Positions 37,881 through 48,129 of a stretch of 64,000 nucleotides of DNA are shown piece by piece (the first letter of the stretch is position 1; the number at the start of each line of letters is the position of its first letter). This DNA is from Phycisphaerales bacterium. GTDB lineage: Bacteria > Planctomycetota > Phycisphaerae > Phycisphaerales > UBA1924. Under the pieces are notes generated by a model. That model had not been told where the DNA came from. It ran no database searches and worked only from the letters and a program-made list of their open reading frames with translations. Both the position numbers and the translations under genes were made by a program. The stretch is taken from assembly GCA_965227775.1 (NCBI GenBank), contig OZ245777.1, positions 3,262,142-3,326,141 of the forward strand. The letters run 5' to 3'.

Positions 37881-39905
37881 TCACTCGTCCCCGCGCAGCT
37901 TTGCGAGCACGGTGTAATCCTCAAGCGTCGAAGTGTCTTGACTGACCTCCGTTTCGCCTGCGGCGATCGCGCGGAGCAAGCGACGCATGATCTTGCCGCT
38001 GCGAGTCTTGGGCAGTGCCTCGGCGAATCGAACCTGGTCGGGCCTCGCGATGGCACCAATGGCTTCGGCAACATGGGTGCCCAGAGCCTTCTTGAGATCC
38101 TCGGTTGGCTCGACGCCGCCTGCGAGCGTTACGAAGGCAGCGATGCCCGTGCCCTTGATGTCGTGGGGTACGCCCACCACAGCCGCCTCGACGACCGCGT
38201 CATGGGCAACGAGCGCACTCTCGACTTCCATCGTGCCGAGCCGGTGGCCACTCACGTTGATGACGTCGTCGATGCGGCCCATGATCCAGAAGTTGCCGTC
38301 GCTGTCCTTGCGTGCGCCGTCGCCGGCGGTGTAGATCGGCTCTCCGTCGATCTTCACGGTCGAGAAGTACGTGTCGATAAAGCGATCGCGATCGCCAAAA
38401 ACGCCGCGGAGCATGCTGGGCCAGGGCTTGCGGATGACCATCAGCCCGCCCGCGTCGGCGTCGCACTCCGTGCCGTCCTGCTTCACCACAGCCGCATCGA
38501 TACCAAAGAACGGCTGGGTGCAAGAGCCAGGTCGAGTGGGAATGGCGCCGGGCAGCGGCGTGATGGCGTGGCCACCTGTCTCGGTCTGCCAGTAAGTATC
38601 AACGATCGGGCAACGCCCGCCGCCGATCACGTCCCGATACCACGTCCACGCCGCAGGATTGATCGGCTCGCCGACCGTGCCGAGCACTTGGAGCGAACTG
38701 AGATCATGCCGGGCCGGGTGTTCGTCGCCCCACTTCATGAACGCACGGATTGCCGTCGGCGCGGTATAGAAGTGCGTGACTCTGTGCCGCTCCACGACGT
38801 CCCAGAATCGGTCCTCGTGCGGCTCATTGGGCGCGCCTTCATACATCAGTGTCGGCACACGATTGGGCAGAATACCGTAGACGATGTAGCTGTGCCCGGT
38901 GATCCAGCCGCAGTCAGCGGTGCACCAATAGATCTGGTCTTGGCCGGATGTGAGGTTGAACACGTTCTTCGCGGTGTGAGCCGTGTAGAGCAGATAGCCC
39001 GCGGTCGTGTGCACGATGCCCTTGGGCTTGCCCGTCGAGCCGCTGGTGTAGAGCAGAAACAGCATGTCTTCGCTGCCCATGGGCTCACAGGGGCAGTCCG
39101 GCTCGGCCGCTTCGGTCAGGTCACGCCAGTCGTGGTCGCGTCCTTCGACCATGGCGATCTCGTTGTCGCAACGCCGGAGTACGACGACGCCTGTGACCGG
39201 CGAGCTCTGGCCCATCTTCTCGATCGCATCGTCGACGTTGTCCTTGAGCGGCACGACCTTGCCTCGGCGCCAGGATCCATCGCACGTCAGGATGATGCGC
39301 GAGCTTGCGTCTCGCACGCGGTCGGCAATGGCCTGGCTGCTGAAGCCACCGAAGATGACCGAGTGTGGCGCACCGATGCGCGCGCACGCGAGCATGGCGA
39401 TGGCCAGCTCGGGCACCATGCCCATGTAGATCGTGACCACCTCGCCCTTGGTCGCGCCCAGCTTCTTGAGGGCGTTGCCCAGGCGCTCGGTCTGCTCCTG
39501 GATGTCCTTGTAGGTCAGGCGGCGAACCTCGGGGGCTCCGCCGTCCATGGGTTCGCCTTCCCACAAGATGGCAACGTCGTCGCCGTGCCCCTCACGCACG
39601 AACCGGTCGACGCAGTTGTCGCACGCGTTGAGCTTCCCGCCGTCGAACCAAGTCGGCTCCGGGAAGCCGCCCTTGAGCACGCTCTTGAAGGGCTCCATCC
39701 ATTCCAGCCGCTCCGCGACTTTGCCCCAGTAGGCATCAGGATCTTCGATCGATCGGCGATGCTCGGCCTCATAGTCGGCCAGCGAACCAACGTGCCAGGG
39801 AGCGCTGCCGACCTCAGACGCTCGAGGGGGCGGGAAGACTCGGTCCTCGTGAAGGCTGCTCTGGATGTCCTGGTTCGTGTGGGAGCTGGATTCGTGGGTC
39901 GCCAT
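37881..39905 (-). CDS. acs: Acetate--CoA ligase
   Basis: LYTSGSTGKPKG, VGEPINP, DTYWQTETGG, LPKTRSGKIMRR. Confidence 0.97.
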   Translation of the reverse strand: MATHESSSHTNQDIQSSLHEDRVFPPPRASEVGSAPWHVGSLADYEAEHRRSIEDPDAYWGKVAERLEWMEPFKSVLKGGFPEPTWFDGGKLNACDNCVDRFVREGHGDDVAILWEGEPMDGGAPEVRRLTYKDIQEQTERLGNALKKLGATKGEVVTIYMGMVPELAIAMLACARIGAPHSVIFGGFSSQAIADRVRDASSRIILTCDGSWRRGKVVPLKDNVDDAIEKMGQSSPVTGVVVLRRCDNEIAMVEGRDHDWRDLTEAAEPDCPCEPMGSEDMLFLLYTSGSTGKPKGIVHTTAGYLLYTAHTAKNVFNLTSGQDQIYWCTADCGWITGHSYIVYGILPNRVPTLMYEGAPNEPHEDRFWDVVERHRVTHFYTAPTAIRAFMKWGDEHPARHDLSSLQVLGTVGEPINPAAWTWYRDVIGGGRCPIVDTYWQTETGGHAITPLPGAIPTRPGSCTQPFFGIDAAVVKQDGTECDADAGGLMVIRKPWPSMLRGVFGDRDRFIDTYFSTVKIDGEPIYTAGDGARKDSDGNFWIMGRIDDVINVSGHRLGTMEVESALVAHDAVVEAAVVGVPHDIKGTGIAAFVTLAGGVEPTEDLKKALGTHVAEAIGAIARPDQVRFAEALPKTRSGKIMRRLLRAIAAGETEVSQDTSTLEDYTVLAKLRGDE

Positions 39906-39974
39906 GACGGCAGCATACGAGCCCACCAGCGGCCCCGCCGAACGAGCGCCCACCGCGTGGTACTCGAGTATCGA

Positions 39975-40748
39975 TCAGGGCGAGGCGCCCGAGGCCGAAG
40001 CGTCCTCGAGCAGGCTCGGGTGGACCGCTCCGATGATGGCAGCAACGGCAATGGAGGCCAAGATCGCGGCCCAGAAGTTCAGCTTCCAGGTACCTCGTTG
40101 GCCGCCGATCGTGCAGTAGTAGAGCACGAATGCGAGCCAGCAGAATGACCCGGCTAGGGGCACCCAGAACAAGGCGCCCAGCCAGCCCCAGAACTTGTCA
40201 TCGTCGGAGAATGCCCCTGCAACCATCATGATGTACGCCACGAGGTACCAGATCACGCCGGCCAACAGCGCAGGCATGGCCGCCTCTTTCGACACGAACG
40301 CCAACCCCGGCAGCAAGGCGAGCAACGCCACGATGACGATGAGAAAGATGGTCCCACTCGACACCTGCGGAGCACTGCGGACCTTCTGCGCCTTCTCCTT
40401 GCTCACCCTCGTGCTGATCGACCGGCCCGAAGCGGAATCAAGCCCGCATTGCATGCATACAACAGCGTCGGCCGGTCGGCCCAGGCCGCACTTGGGGCAG
40501 GGATTCGAGTCGGCGGTATGGACGTCGCCTAGGAAGTTGTCCATGCTGAAGCCAGCACCGCCGCCAGGAGCCTGAGCTTCCTGCCTGGAAACCGCCTTCG
40601 CTGGGTGCGGCTCGGCCGCGGCCTTTTTCTTCGAGCGCTGTTTGGCCTTGACGCAGTCTTGGCACGCGTATCGCCCCTGCGAGTCCTTCAGTCGCGGGCG
40701 ATCGGCGCAGTCGGCCCCACAAACGATGCAGATCTTCTCAGCTGTCAC
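39975..40748 (-). CDS. Zinc-finger/zinc-ribbon membrane protein
   Basis: CIVC..CQDC and CPKC..CMQC followed by ~4 TM helices. Confidence 0.7.
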   Translation of the reverse strand: MTAEKICIVCGADCADRPRLKDSQGRYACQDCVKAKQRSKKKAAAEPHPAKAVSRQEAQAPGGGAGFSMDNFLGDVHTADSNPCPKCGLGRPADAVVCMQCGLDSASGRSISTRVSKEKAQKVRSAPQVSSGTIFLIVIVALLALLPGLAFVSKEAAMPALLAGVIWYLVAYIMMVAGAFSDDDKFWGWLGALFWVPLAGSFCWLAFVLYYCTIGGQRGTWKLNFWAAILASIAVAAIIGAVHPSLLEDASASGASP

Positions 40749-40922
40749 GAGTTCGGCTCCCCCGGTTCGAGTGGCGCGGGGGCATCCCAGCGACCGGCCG
40801 GAGCATAGCAGCCCGGGCCGGTCGAGCCCCCAGCCCCACTCCTACCATGCGGCTCGTTTCTTGGTTGCAATCGCCGGCGGTGGTTGAAGGCCCCGGCGCT
40901 ACACTTGGGAGGATTTGACGCG

Positions 40923-41954
40923 ATGGCTATCCGCCTAGGCATCAACGGTTTTGGACGCATCGGCCGCCTCGTCTACCGCATTGCGGCCCAGAGCCCCGAC
41001 GTGACCGTCGTGGGCGTCAATGACCTGGTGCCCGCCGATAATCTGGCTTACCTGCTCAAGCACGACACCATGCACGGCCGCTTCCGTATCGATGGCAAGC
41101 TGGCCGATGTTCAGGTCAACGACGGTGGCTTCAGCGTCAACGGTGAGCAGACCCAGGTATCCGAGGAACGCGACCCTTCGAGCCTCAAGTGGGGTGACCT
41201 GGGCGTGGATGTCGTGATCGAATCAACCGGCTTCTTCACCGCCGGGCCCGATGCCCAGAAGCACATCGACGGCGGTGGCGCCAAGCGCGTGATCATCAGC
41301 GCCCCCACCAAGACGACCGACACCGTGCCCACGTTGTGCTACAAGGTGAACCACGAGCAGTACGACCCGGGCAAGCACAAAGTCATTTCTAATGCGAGTT
41401 GCACGACGAACTGCCTGGCACCCATCGCCAAGGTCATCGACGACGGGTTTGGCCTGGACGAGGGCCTGATGGCCACGATCCACGCCGTGACCGCGACCCA
41501 GCCGACTCAGGACGGCCCCTCCAAAAAGGACCTGCGCGGGGGACGCAACGGTTACATGAACATCATCCCCGCGAGCACCGGCGCCGCGAAGGCCGTGACG
41601 CTGTGCTTGCCGCAGCTCAAGGGCAAGCTCACGGGCATGAGCTTCCGCGTGCCGACCGCAGATGTGAGCTGCGTCGACCTCACGTTTAAGACGGCCAAGG
41701 CCACCAGCCTGAAAGCCATCAACGAGGCGATGAGCGCGGCCGCTGGCGGGCCTATGAGTGGCGTGCTGGGGTACACCGAGGACCCTGTCGTCTCGAGCGA
41801 CTTCATCGGCGACCCGCACAGCAGCATCTACGACGCCGACGCTGGCATCGAGCTCAACGACCGCTTCTTCAAGGTCGTGAGCTGGTACGACAACGAGGCC
41901 GGGTACGCGAACCGCTGCGTGGACATGGCCAGGTACATGATGAGCAGGGAATAG
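40923..41954 (+). CDS. gap: Type I glyceraldehyde-3-phosphate dehydrogenase
   Basis: [28 protein letters not shown]. Confidence 0.98.
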   Translation: MAIRLGINGFGRIGRLVYRIAAQSPDVTVVGVNDLVPADNLAYLLKHDTMHGRFRIDGKLADVQVNDGGFSVNGEQTQVSEERDPSSLKWGDLGVDVVIESTGFFTAGPDAQKHIDGGGAKRVIISAPTKTTDTVPTLCYKVNHEQYDPGKHKVISNASCTTNCLAPIAKVIDDGFGLDEGLMATIHAVTATQPTQDGPSKKDLRGGRNGYMNIIPASTGAAKAVTLCLPQLKGKLTGMSFRVPTADVSCVDLTFKTAKATSLKAINEAMSAAAGGPMSGVLGYTEDPVVSSDFIGDPHSSIYDADAGIELNDRFFKVVSWYDNEAGYANRCVDMARYMMSRE

Positions 41955-42063
41955 ACCGACAGGACAAACAGTGGTATGGGAAACGCCGCTTTCGGGTATA
42001 TTGCCCGGAAGCGGCGTCGTTCTGATCGGCATCACTACGTTCGTGCGCGTTGAGGAGCGATCC

Positions 42064-43335
42064 ATGCAGATCCGATTTGCCTTGCCAGTCTTGATCCTGT
42101 CCGGCTCGCTCGTCTTGGGGGCGCCGAGTCTTTCATCCCCCGACGATCCCGACAAACAACACACGACCACGGTCTTTAAGCCGTTGTGCGCTGGCGTTCG
42201 CCCGCCACAGGCAACCGTCGACGCGATCGGTGCACGCCATGCAGCGGGCATGTTGCAGGGTGACCAAGTCGTAGTTGCGCCGACGATCGACTCGGGGCTG
42301 CAGCTGCGATTCGTGGTCGCCGGGGCCGCGCCGGCGGGCACGACCGAGGCGCTCTCAGCCATCGCCGACCTGTACGCAGGACTCGTGGACGACGACATCG
42401 AGCTAACCATCGAGATCCTCTTCGAGCCGCTTGGCACGATCCACGGCCTGCCGATCCTCGGGGCCGCAGGCGACAGCTATCGCTCGCTGGCGTACCCCGA
42501 CGTGCGAGCAGCGCTCATCGATCGGATGGATCCCGACGACGAGATCGAGTCGAGCCTGCCAGATACAGCGACCTTGCGTGTTATCTATGGGCTCGACTCG
42601 GGATCGCGAACCGAGGATCGCACCAGCTTACTGACCGGCGTTGCATTGCGTGCACTGCTCGATGGCCAAGCGCCCACGCCGCTGCCGGTGTCACTCAGCT
42701 CGACCGCACCTTGGGACACCGATCCCGCCGACGGGGTCGAGCCCGATGCCTACTGCCTGCGCAGCGTCATTGCGCACGAGATCGGCCACGTGCTCGGATT
42801 CCAATCGAACGTGGACATCCTCTTCGGCGCGACGTTGCTGCCTCTCGACATGTACCGTTTCCGCGAGAGCGACGCCGGTGCGGATCTCAACCCGGACACA
42901 CTTGCCGAGTTCTCTGCTGCTCCGCGCACGGTGTATTTTGATACACCTGGCGGACCGGGCCCGAGCGAGGCAATTCTCGACTTCATCGCGGTCGAGATAC
43001 CAATGGCCGACGGCAACCCGTGGCAGGGCTCACACCTTCGACAGATGGACCCGCCCATCGGTGTGATGGACCCGGACATCGTCGAGGGCGAGACCTACTT
43101 CCCCGGGTATCTCGCCGCCACCGATCTGAGGCCGCTGGATGCCCTGGGCTGGACGATCACGCTAGCCTGCCCTGCCGACTGCGACGGCTCCGGGGATTTG
43201 GACTTCTTTGACTTCCTGTGCTTCCAGGACGCATTCGACGCCGGCGACCCGGCAGCCGACTTGGACGGCGACGGATCCCTCACGGTGTTCGACTTTCTGG
43301 CGTTCCAGAACGCGTTCGACGCGGGATGCGGTTGA
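42064..43335 (+). CDS. Secreted zinc metalloprotease with C-terminal GC-type dockerin-like anchor
   Basis: Signal peptide, AHEIGHVLG, LDMYRF, GVMDP; C-terminus CPADCDGSGDLDFFDFLCFQDAF..FQNAFDAGCG. Confidence 0.85.
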   Translation: MQIRFALPVLILSGSLVLGAPSLSSPDDPDKQHTTTVFKPLCAGVRPPQATVDAIGARHAAGMLQGDQVVVAPTIDSGLQLRFVVAGAAPAGTTEALSAIADLYAGLVDDDIELTIEILFEPLGTIHGLPILGAAGDSYRSLAYPDVRAALIDRMDPDDEIESSLPDTATLRVIYGLDSGSRTEDRTSLLTGVALRALLDGQAPTPLPVSLSSTAPWDTDPADGVEPDAYCLRSVIAHEIGHVLGFQSNVDILFGATLLPLDMYRFRESDAGADLNPDTLAEFSAAPRTVYFDTPGGPGPSEAILDFIAVEIPMADGNPWQGSHLRQMDPPIGVMDPDIVEGETYFPGYLAATDLRPLDALGWTITLACPADCDGSGDLDFFDFLCFQDAFDAGDPAADLDGDGSLTVFDFLAFQNAFDAGCG

Positions 43336-43353
43336 GAGCCGGCTCCGCGCGCG

Positions 43354-44205
43354 TCAGCCGTCGGGCTGCAATACTGCGTCGGCGGGCGGATCGAAGTCAG
43401 ACTCGTCGAGCGTGTTAATGCGGACGAGCGTCGTCTCGAATTCGAGCACCTCGCCGCCCAGCCAGAATCCGTCGACCGTGATGCGATGGAACATCTTCAA
43501 GCCGGCACCGCCTCGCACCTCGCGCCAGTCGCTGAACACCATGTAGAGCAGCTCACTCGGTGTTCCCTGGGCCAATCCAACTGGTCGGCCTGACTGTGGG
43601 TCGTAGTGGAAGCGGTACACCGCATCGTCTGAATCCGGCGACGCCACTGTCGAGAGCACCACGGTCTGCTCGCCCTTGAAGTCCAGATCGCCCATGCGCT
43701 GGAGCGGTGCCACTCCATCGAAGTGGCTGTTGGTCGGGTTCATGACCGCGAGCGGAATTGTTGTGAACTCCAGCACCTGGTCGGCCATCTCATTCCAGCC
43801 GAACTTGATCGCGGGGTCGATTACGTAGAGTTCGGCCGGCTCGCCCTCCATCGACCTCCAGTAGCGATCGCCGTTGACGCCGAATTGTCCGGAATCCGGG
43901 CCGAGCGTCATGTCGTAAAACGCGGGCCCCGAACGCGACCACCGGAGATGGAACACGATCGGATTCCCATCACTCTCACCCTTGAAACAAACCTCCAACG
44001 TTTGAACATTGTCAAGGGCCCGAGTGCCACCTACGAAACCAACAACGCGTTCGGCAATAGCGCGAGCATCGGGCTGCATGGACTCGAGCGCAGCCAACGT
44101 GATCGAAGGCCCGCTCGTATCGACACCCAAGTCGGACGGGGTGCTCTTACAACCCATGAGCCCCACCGCAACCACTGCCCTAAGTGTTGCCAAGCACGCT
44201 CGCAT
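43354..44205 (-). CDS. Putative lipoprotein (LolA-like/lipoprotein-sorting fold possible)
   Basis: Lipobox LMGC; C-terminal FSDWREV..FDPP. Confidence 0.65.
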   Translation of the reverse strand: MRACLATLRAVVAVGLMGCKSTPSDLGVDTSGPSITLAALESMQPDARAIAERVVGFVGGTRALDNVQTLEVCFKGESDGNPIVFHLRWSRSGPAFYDMTLGPDSGQFGVNGDRYWRSMEGEPAELYVIDPAIKFGWNEMADQVLEFTTIPLAVMNPTNSHFDGVAPLQRMGDLDFKGEQTVVLSTVASPDSDDAVYRFHYDPQSGRPVGLAQGTPSELLYMVFSDWREVRGGAGLKMFHRITVDGFWLGGEVLEFETTLVRINTLDESDFDPPADAVLQPDG

Positions 44206-44278
44206 GCCGCACCTCCACGCGGATTCGGCCCGCGCGGCACGATAGGGGCGTGGGCCGATGACCGGCTAGACTGGCCGC

Positions 44279-45130
44279 ATGCTCGAAACACTCACACCGA
44301 TGCTTGCCCTGCTCGAAGATGCCGCTGCTGCGGGCACGCCCGAGCACGTCGGCTTCTTCACCGCCGCCGGCCTCATTGCGCTGTTGACGCTGACGACGCT
44401 CGAGATCGTGCTGGGCATCGACAACGTGGTGTTTATCGCAATCCTGGCGAACCGCCTGCCGAAGGATCAGCAAGCGAAGGCCCGGACCGTGGGCCTGATC
44501 CTGGCGATGGTGATGCGGCTGATTCTTTTGGCCCTCGCGTTCCTGATCATCCAGCTCAATGAACCATTCTGGACGATCCCCTGGGTCGAGATCCCACTGT
44601 CGGGCAAGAGCCTGATTCTGCTGGGCGGCGGGCTGTTCCTGATCGCGAAGGCAACCATGGAACTGCACCACATGGTCGAGGAGGGCGGGGCCCACAAAGA
44701 CGACCCCAGCGCGCGGCCGGGCATCAAGAAGCAGGCTGCGGCAACCTTCGGCAGCGTGCTCGTGCAGGTGCTGCTGCTGGACCTGGTGTTCTCACTGGAC
44801 TCGGTTATCACTGCCGTGGGCATGACCAGCAACTATGCCATCATGGCGACCGCGGTCATCATCGCCATCGGCGTCATGATCGCCTTCGCGGGCCCGATCG
44901 CTCGCTTCGTGCAGAAGCACCCGACGATGAAGACGCTCGCGTTGGCCTTCCTCGTGCTGATCGGTGTGCTGCTGGTAGCCGAGGGCGCCGGCCAGCACCT
45001 GCCCCGCGGCTACATCTATTTTGCGATGGCCTTCGCATTGATCGTCGAGGTCGTCAACATGAAAGCCGGGCATCGGAAGGGGGAAAAGAACCGCCCCGAG
45101 GCGACACAGGAGCCAGAGATACCCGCGTAA
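44279..45130 (+). CDS. TerC-family membrane protein
   Basis: LEIVLGIDNVVFI, DLVFSLDSVITAVG. Confidence 0.93.
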   Translation: MLETLTPMLALLEDAAAAGTPEHVGFFTAAGLIALLTLTTLEIVLGIDNVVFIAILANRLPKDQQAKARTVGLILAMVMRLILLALAFLIIQLNEPFWTIPWVEIPLSGKSLILLGGGLFLIAKATMELHHMVEEGGAHKDDPSARPGIKKQAAATFGSVLVQVLLLDLVFSLDSVITAVGMTSNYAIMATAVIIAIGVMIAFAGPIARFVQKHPTMKTLALAFLVLIGVLLVAEGAGQHLPRGYIYFAMAFALIVEVVNMKAGHRKGEKNRPEATQEPEIPA

Positions 45131-45142
45131 CGCGTCCGCATC

Positions 45143-45997
45143 TTACTTCGAGTATTCGAAGACGCCCCGCCCGGACTTATTGCCGAGACGCCCGGCGGTG
45201 ACGAGTTGCTCCAGCTTGGGGCAAGGCCGGTAGCGTTCGCTGTGCAGGCCATCAGCCAGCACGTTCATGATGTGGGCACAGGTGTCCAGACCGATGAAGT
45301 CGGCCAGGCGCAGCGGGCCCATCGGGTGGTTCATGCCGAGCTTCATGATCTCGTCGATATGCTCGGGCTCGGCCACGCCCTCCATCCAGGTGTAGAACGC
45401 CTCGTTGATCATCGGCATCAGGATGCGGTTGGAAACGAAGCCCGCACGGTCGTTGGCCGGAACGGCGGTCTTGCCCATCTTGGTCGAAAGGTCGAGCACG
45501 GTCTGCGTCACGGCCTCATCTGTTGCTAGGCCGTTGATCACCTCGACCAGCCCCATCACCGGCACGGGGTAAAAGAAGTGCATGCCGATGACCTTCTCGG
45601 GCCGCTTTGTGGCGGCGGCGATAGCCGTGATGGAGATGCTGCTGGTATTGGTCGCCAGGATGGCATCGATGGGCGTCACTTCGTCGAGCTTCGCGAAGAT
45701 GTCGCGCTTGACCTGCTCGTTCTCGACGACGGCCTCGATGACGATCTGGCGGTCGCCCAAATCACCCATATCGGTGGCGTACGAGATGCGGCCCAGGGCG
45801 GCGTCGGCGTCGGCCTGCTCCATGCGGCCTTTCTCGACCGCGCGGGCCAAGAGCTTCTGGTGGGTCGCCTTGCAGCGTTCGATCTGGTCGGCGGACGCGT
45901 CGAAGACCTTGACGTCCAGCCCCGCCACGGCCGAAACCTGCGCGATGCCGCCGCCCATCTGACCCGCTCCGACCACGCCAACCTTCTCGATCGCCAT
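45143..45997 (-). CDS. hbd: 3-hydroxybutyryl-CoA dehydrogenase
   Basis: GAGQMGGGIA, ATNTSS, GMHFF, HPMGPLRLADFIGLD. Confidence 0.9.
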   Translation of the reverse strand: MAIEKVGVVGAGQMGGGIAQVSAVAGLDVKVFDASADQIERCKATHQKLLARAVEKGRMEQADADAALGRISYATDMGDLGDRQIVIEAVVENEQVKRDIFAKLDEVTPIDAILATNTSSISITAIAAATKRPEKVIGMHFFYPVPVMGLVEVINGLATDEAVTQTVLDLSTKMGKTAVPANDRAGFVSNRILMPMINEAFYTWMEGVAEPEHIDEIMKLGMNHPMGPLRLADFIGLDTCAHIMNVLADGLHSERYRPCPKLEQLVTAGRLGNKSGRGVFEYSK

Positions 45998-46109
45998 CGC
46001 GTACACTCCATCAGAAACCCGAACAACCGGGGCCCGCGCCCTGGGGAGGCAACATTAGCCGCCGCCTCGGGCGCAGCCGACCCGAACCAGAACTTCCCGG
46101 GACCTTCCC

Positions 46110-46418
46110 ATGGATCGCATCGCCAAACTGAGCAAGATGCTCGACGCCGACCCGAGCGACACGTTCGTCCTGTATTCGCTGGGCCAAGAGCACGCCAAGA
46201 CCGGCCTTCACGAGGAGGCCGTCGGCTTCTACGAGAAGTGCATCGACGCCGATGCGAGCGAGCACTACGCGTACTTCCACATGGCGCGCTCGCTCGAAGC
46301 CATGGGCGAGGAAGGCCGCGCCACCAACGTGCTCCGCACAGGCCTGGCCCGCGCAACCGCCGATGGCAACCAGAAGGCCGCCGGCGAGATCGAGGCGTAT
46401 TTGTCCCAGCTCGCCTGA
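46110..46418 (+). CDS. Small TPR protein
   Basis: DPSDTFVLYSLGQE..YAYFHMA TPR pattern. Confidence 0.85.
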   Translation: MDRIAKLSKMLDADPSDTFVLYSLGQEHAKTGLHEEAVGFYEKCIDADASEHYAYFHMARSLEAMGEEGRATNVLRTGLARATADGNQKAAGEIEAYLSQLA

Positions 46419-46437
46419 GACCGCACGGGGGCGAATC

Positions 46438-47085
46438 GTGCCCGAGCCGAAGACCATCTCGCTGACGCCGAAGGGCCCCAACCGCTGGAAGCTGGTGACG
46501 CCCCACCATCGGGGCGCGACCATCGACGATGCCGCCGTGGTCGACGGCGGGCTGGTCAATGGTGATCCGTGGACGCTGGAACTCGAGGAACGCGCCAACC
46601 GCGTCGTGGCCGAGGCGGGCGCGCGCATCGCTGCGGCTCGGCTACTGCGTGTGAGGCCAAGGTCGAGCACCGAACTCCGCGAGCGATTGGGCAAGCGATT
46701 CTCGAAGGCCGCGGCAGATCGTGCCGTCGATGCCCTGGTTCGCAGCGGCGCCGTTGACGACCAACGCCTGGCCCACAACATGGCAGAACACATGGGGGAG
46801 CTCAAGCCGCACGCTCGCGAGGCCATCCGCGACCGCCTGGAACGCGCGCAGCTCGGCGCCGACGCGCTGGAGGCGGCGCTCGACGCCCACGCGCCGAGCA
46901 CGCTCGAGGGCGAGCGGGCCGATGACGCCGCCCGGGCCCAGCTGCGCCGGCTGCAATCGCTCTCACTCACGCCCGAGGCCACACGCCGGCGTCTCTTTGG
47001 AGCTCTCGCCCGGCGTGGCTTTGACGCCGAGACCGCGGCGGAGGCCATCGAACGGGTTCTGGGCGGTTCCGATGACGAGTTCTGA
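46438..47085 (+). CDS. recX: RecX-like regulatory protein
   Basis: RLLRVRPRSSTELRERL..VDDQRLA..LARRGF. Confidence 0.7.
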   Translation: MPEPKTISLTPKGPNRWKLVTPHHRGATIDDAAVVDGGLVNGDPWTLELEERANRVVAEAGARIAAARLLRVRPRSSTELRERLGKRFSKAAADRAVDALVRSGAVDDQRLAHNMAEHMGELKPHAREAIRDRLERAQLGADALEAALDAHAPSTLEGERADDAARAQLRRLQSLSLTPEATRRRLFGALARRGFDAETAAEAIERVLGGSDDEF

Positions 47086-47122
47086 GCACGCCGCCGCCGA
47101 ATCGGGCTGAATAGCATCGCAT

Positions 47123-47707
47123 ATGCCAAGGAATGCACGAATCGCCGCCGGCTGTCTCTCGGGCGTTGCCCTCGCCACACTCTGCGGATGCGTGGCCGAC
47201 CGCCCGACCGAAGAGACATACGGCAAGATCATGGGCGCCGCACCGCTGCCCGCCCTGACGATGGACCACGTCGACGAGCCGTTCCCGGTCGCCCGCCCGC
47301 AGGCCAACATCCTCGACCGCAGCGGCTGGGAGCCCATCGCGCTGCTGGTCCCCAGCGATCTGACGCTCCACACGCCCCACTACGCACCGAGCCGTCTGCC
47401 CACCACGGGCGACTGGCGCTACGACGGCACGCTGCCAACGCTTGTGAACGTGTACCAATACGGCAGCAGCAACAAGCACCAGGTCAAGAGCCTCGCCATC
47501 GAGCCCTTCCTCCAGGTCTATGACCTTGTCATGATCCCGGTGCGTATGTTCACGCAGACGCCACCCAATCGCCTGGATGCCTCGCCCGACACCAGCTATG
47601 AGCGAGAGCCCGACGCGTGGCGAACGGAGCTGCCCGCAACTGGCCGCCCCATTGGCGAGGTCGGTGGCATCGTCATTTCGAAGCCAGCCGAGAGCCGCGA
47701 GCTGTGA
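47123..47707 (+). CDS. Hypothetical lipoprotein
   Basis: Lipobox LCGC after a hydrophobic stretch. Confidence 0.7.
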   Translation: MPRNARIAAGCLSGVALATLCGCVADRPTEETYGKIMGAAPLPALTMDHVDEPFPVARPQANILDRSGWEPIALLVPSDLTLHTPHYAPSRLPTTGDWRYDGTLPTLVNVYQYGSSNKHQVKSLAIEPFLQVYDLVMIPVRMFTQTPPNRLDASPDTSYEREPDAWRTELPATGRPIGEVGGIVISKPAESREL

Positions 47708-48123
47708 GCGGCTCGTTCGACGAACAAGGCCTGCCGCCGGGCTATCCGTTCAAGCCGAGCTACGAGATCTCACCGCGCAAGGCCTCCGACATGCTCGCCA
47801 GTGGCGAGGCGCTGCTTGTCGATGTGCGACTGGCCGAGGAGTTGGATGTCGCAGCGCTCGCGAGCGCCGATGGTCACGTCCATGCGCCGCTACACGAGCT
47901 GAACGATCACCTCGACGACATCGAAGATGCCGCCAATGGCCGTCCAATCCTGACGCTCTGCCACCACGGCGTGCGTTCGATCAAGGCCGCCCTCGCCCTC
48001 CGCGGTTGTGGCTTCGAGAACGCCCATTCGATCGCCGGCGGCATCGAGAACTGGTCACAGGCCATTGATCCGTCGATACCTCGCTACCTGCGAGACGGCG
48101 CGCAGTGCACGCGCGTGGAGTAG
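47704..48123 (+). CDS. Rhodanese-like protein
   Basis: LVDVR, LCHHGVRS, SIAGGIENW..DPSIPRY. Confidence 0.9.
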   Translation: MSGSFDEQGLPPGYPFKPSYEISPRKASDMLASGEALLVDVRLAEELDVAALASADGHVHAPLHELNDHLDDIEDAANGRPILTLCHHGVRSIKAALALRGCGFENAHSIAGGIENWSQAIDPSIPRYLRDGAQCTRVE

Positions 48124-48129
48124 CGGCCA

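Noticed and set aside
37938..40148. 736-aa plus-strand ORF and similar long antisense ORFs (e.g. 12841-14370, 9728-11260, 4931-6520, 54307-55266)
   Set aside because: Antisense shadows of clear genes (acs, fliC, flgL, flgH/I, mscS), as expected from high-GC codon bias
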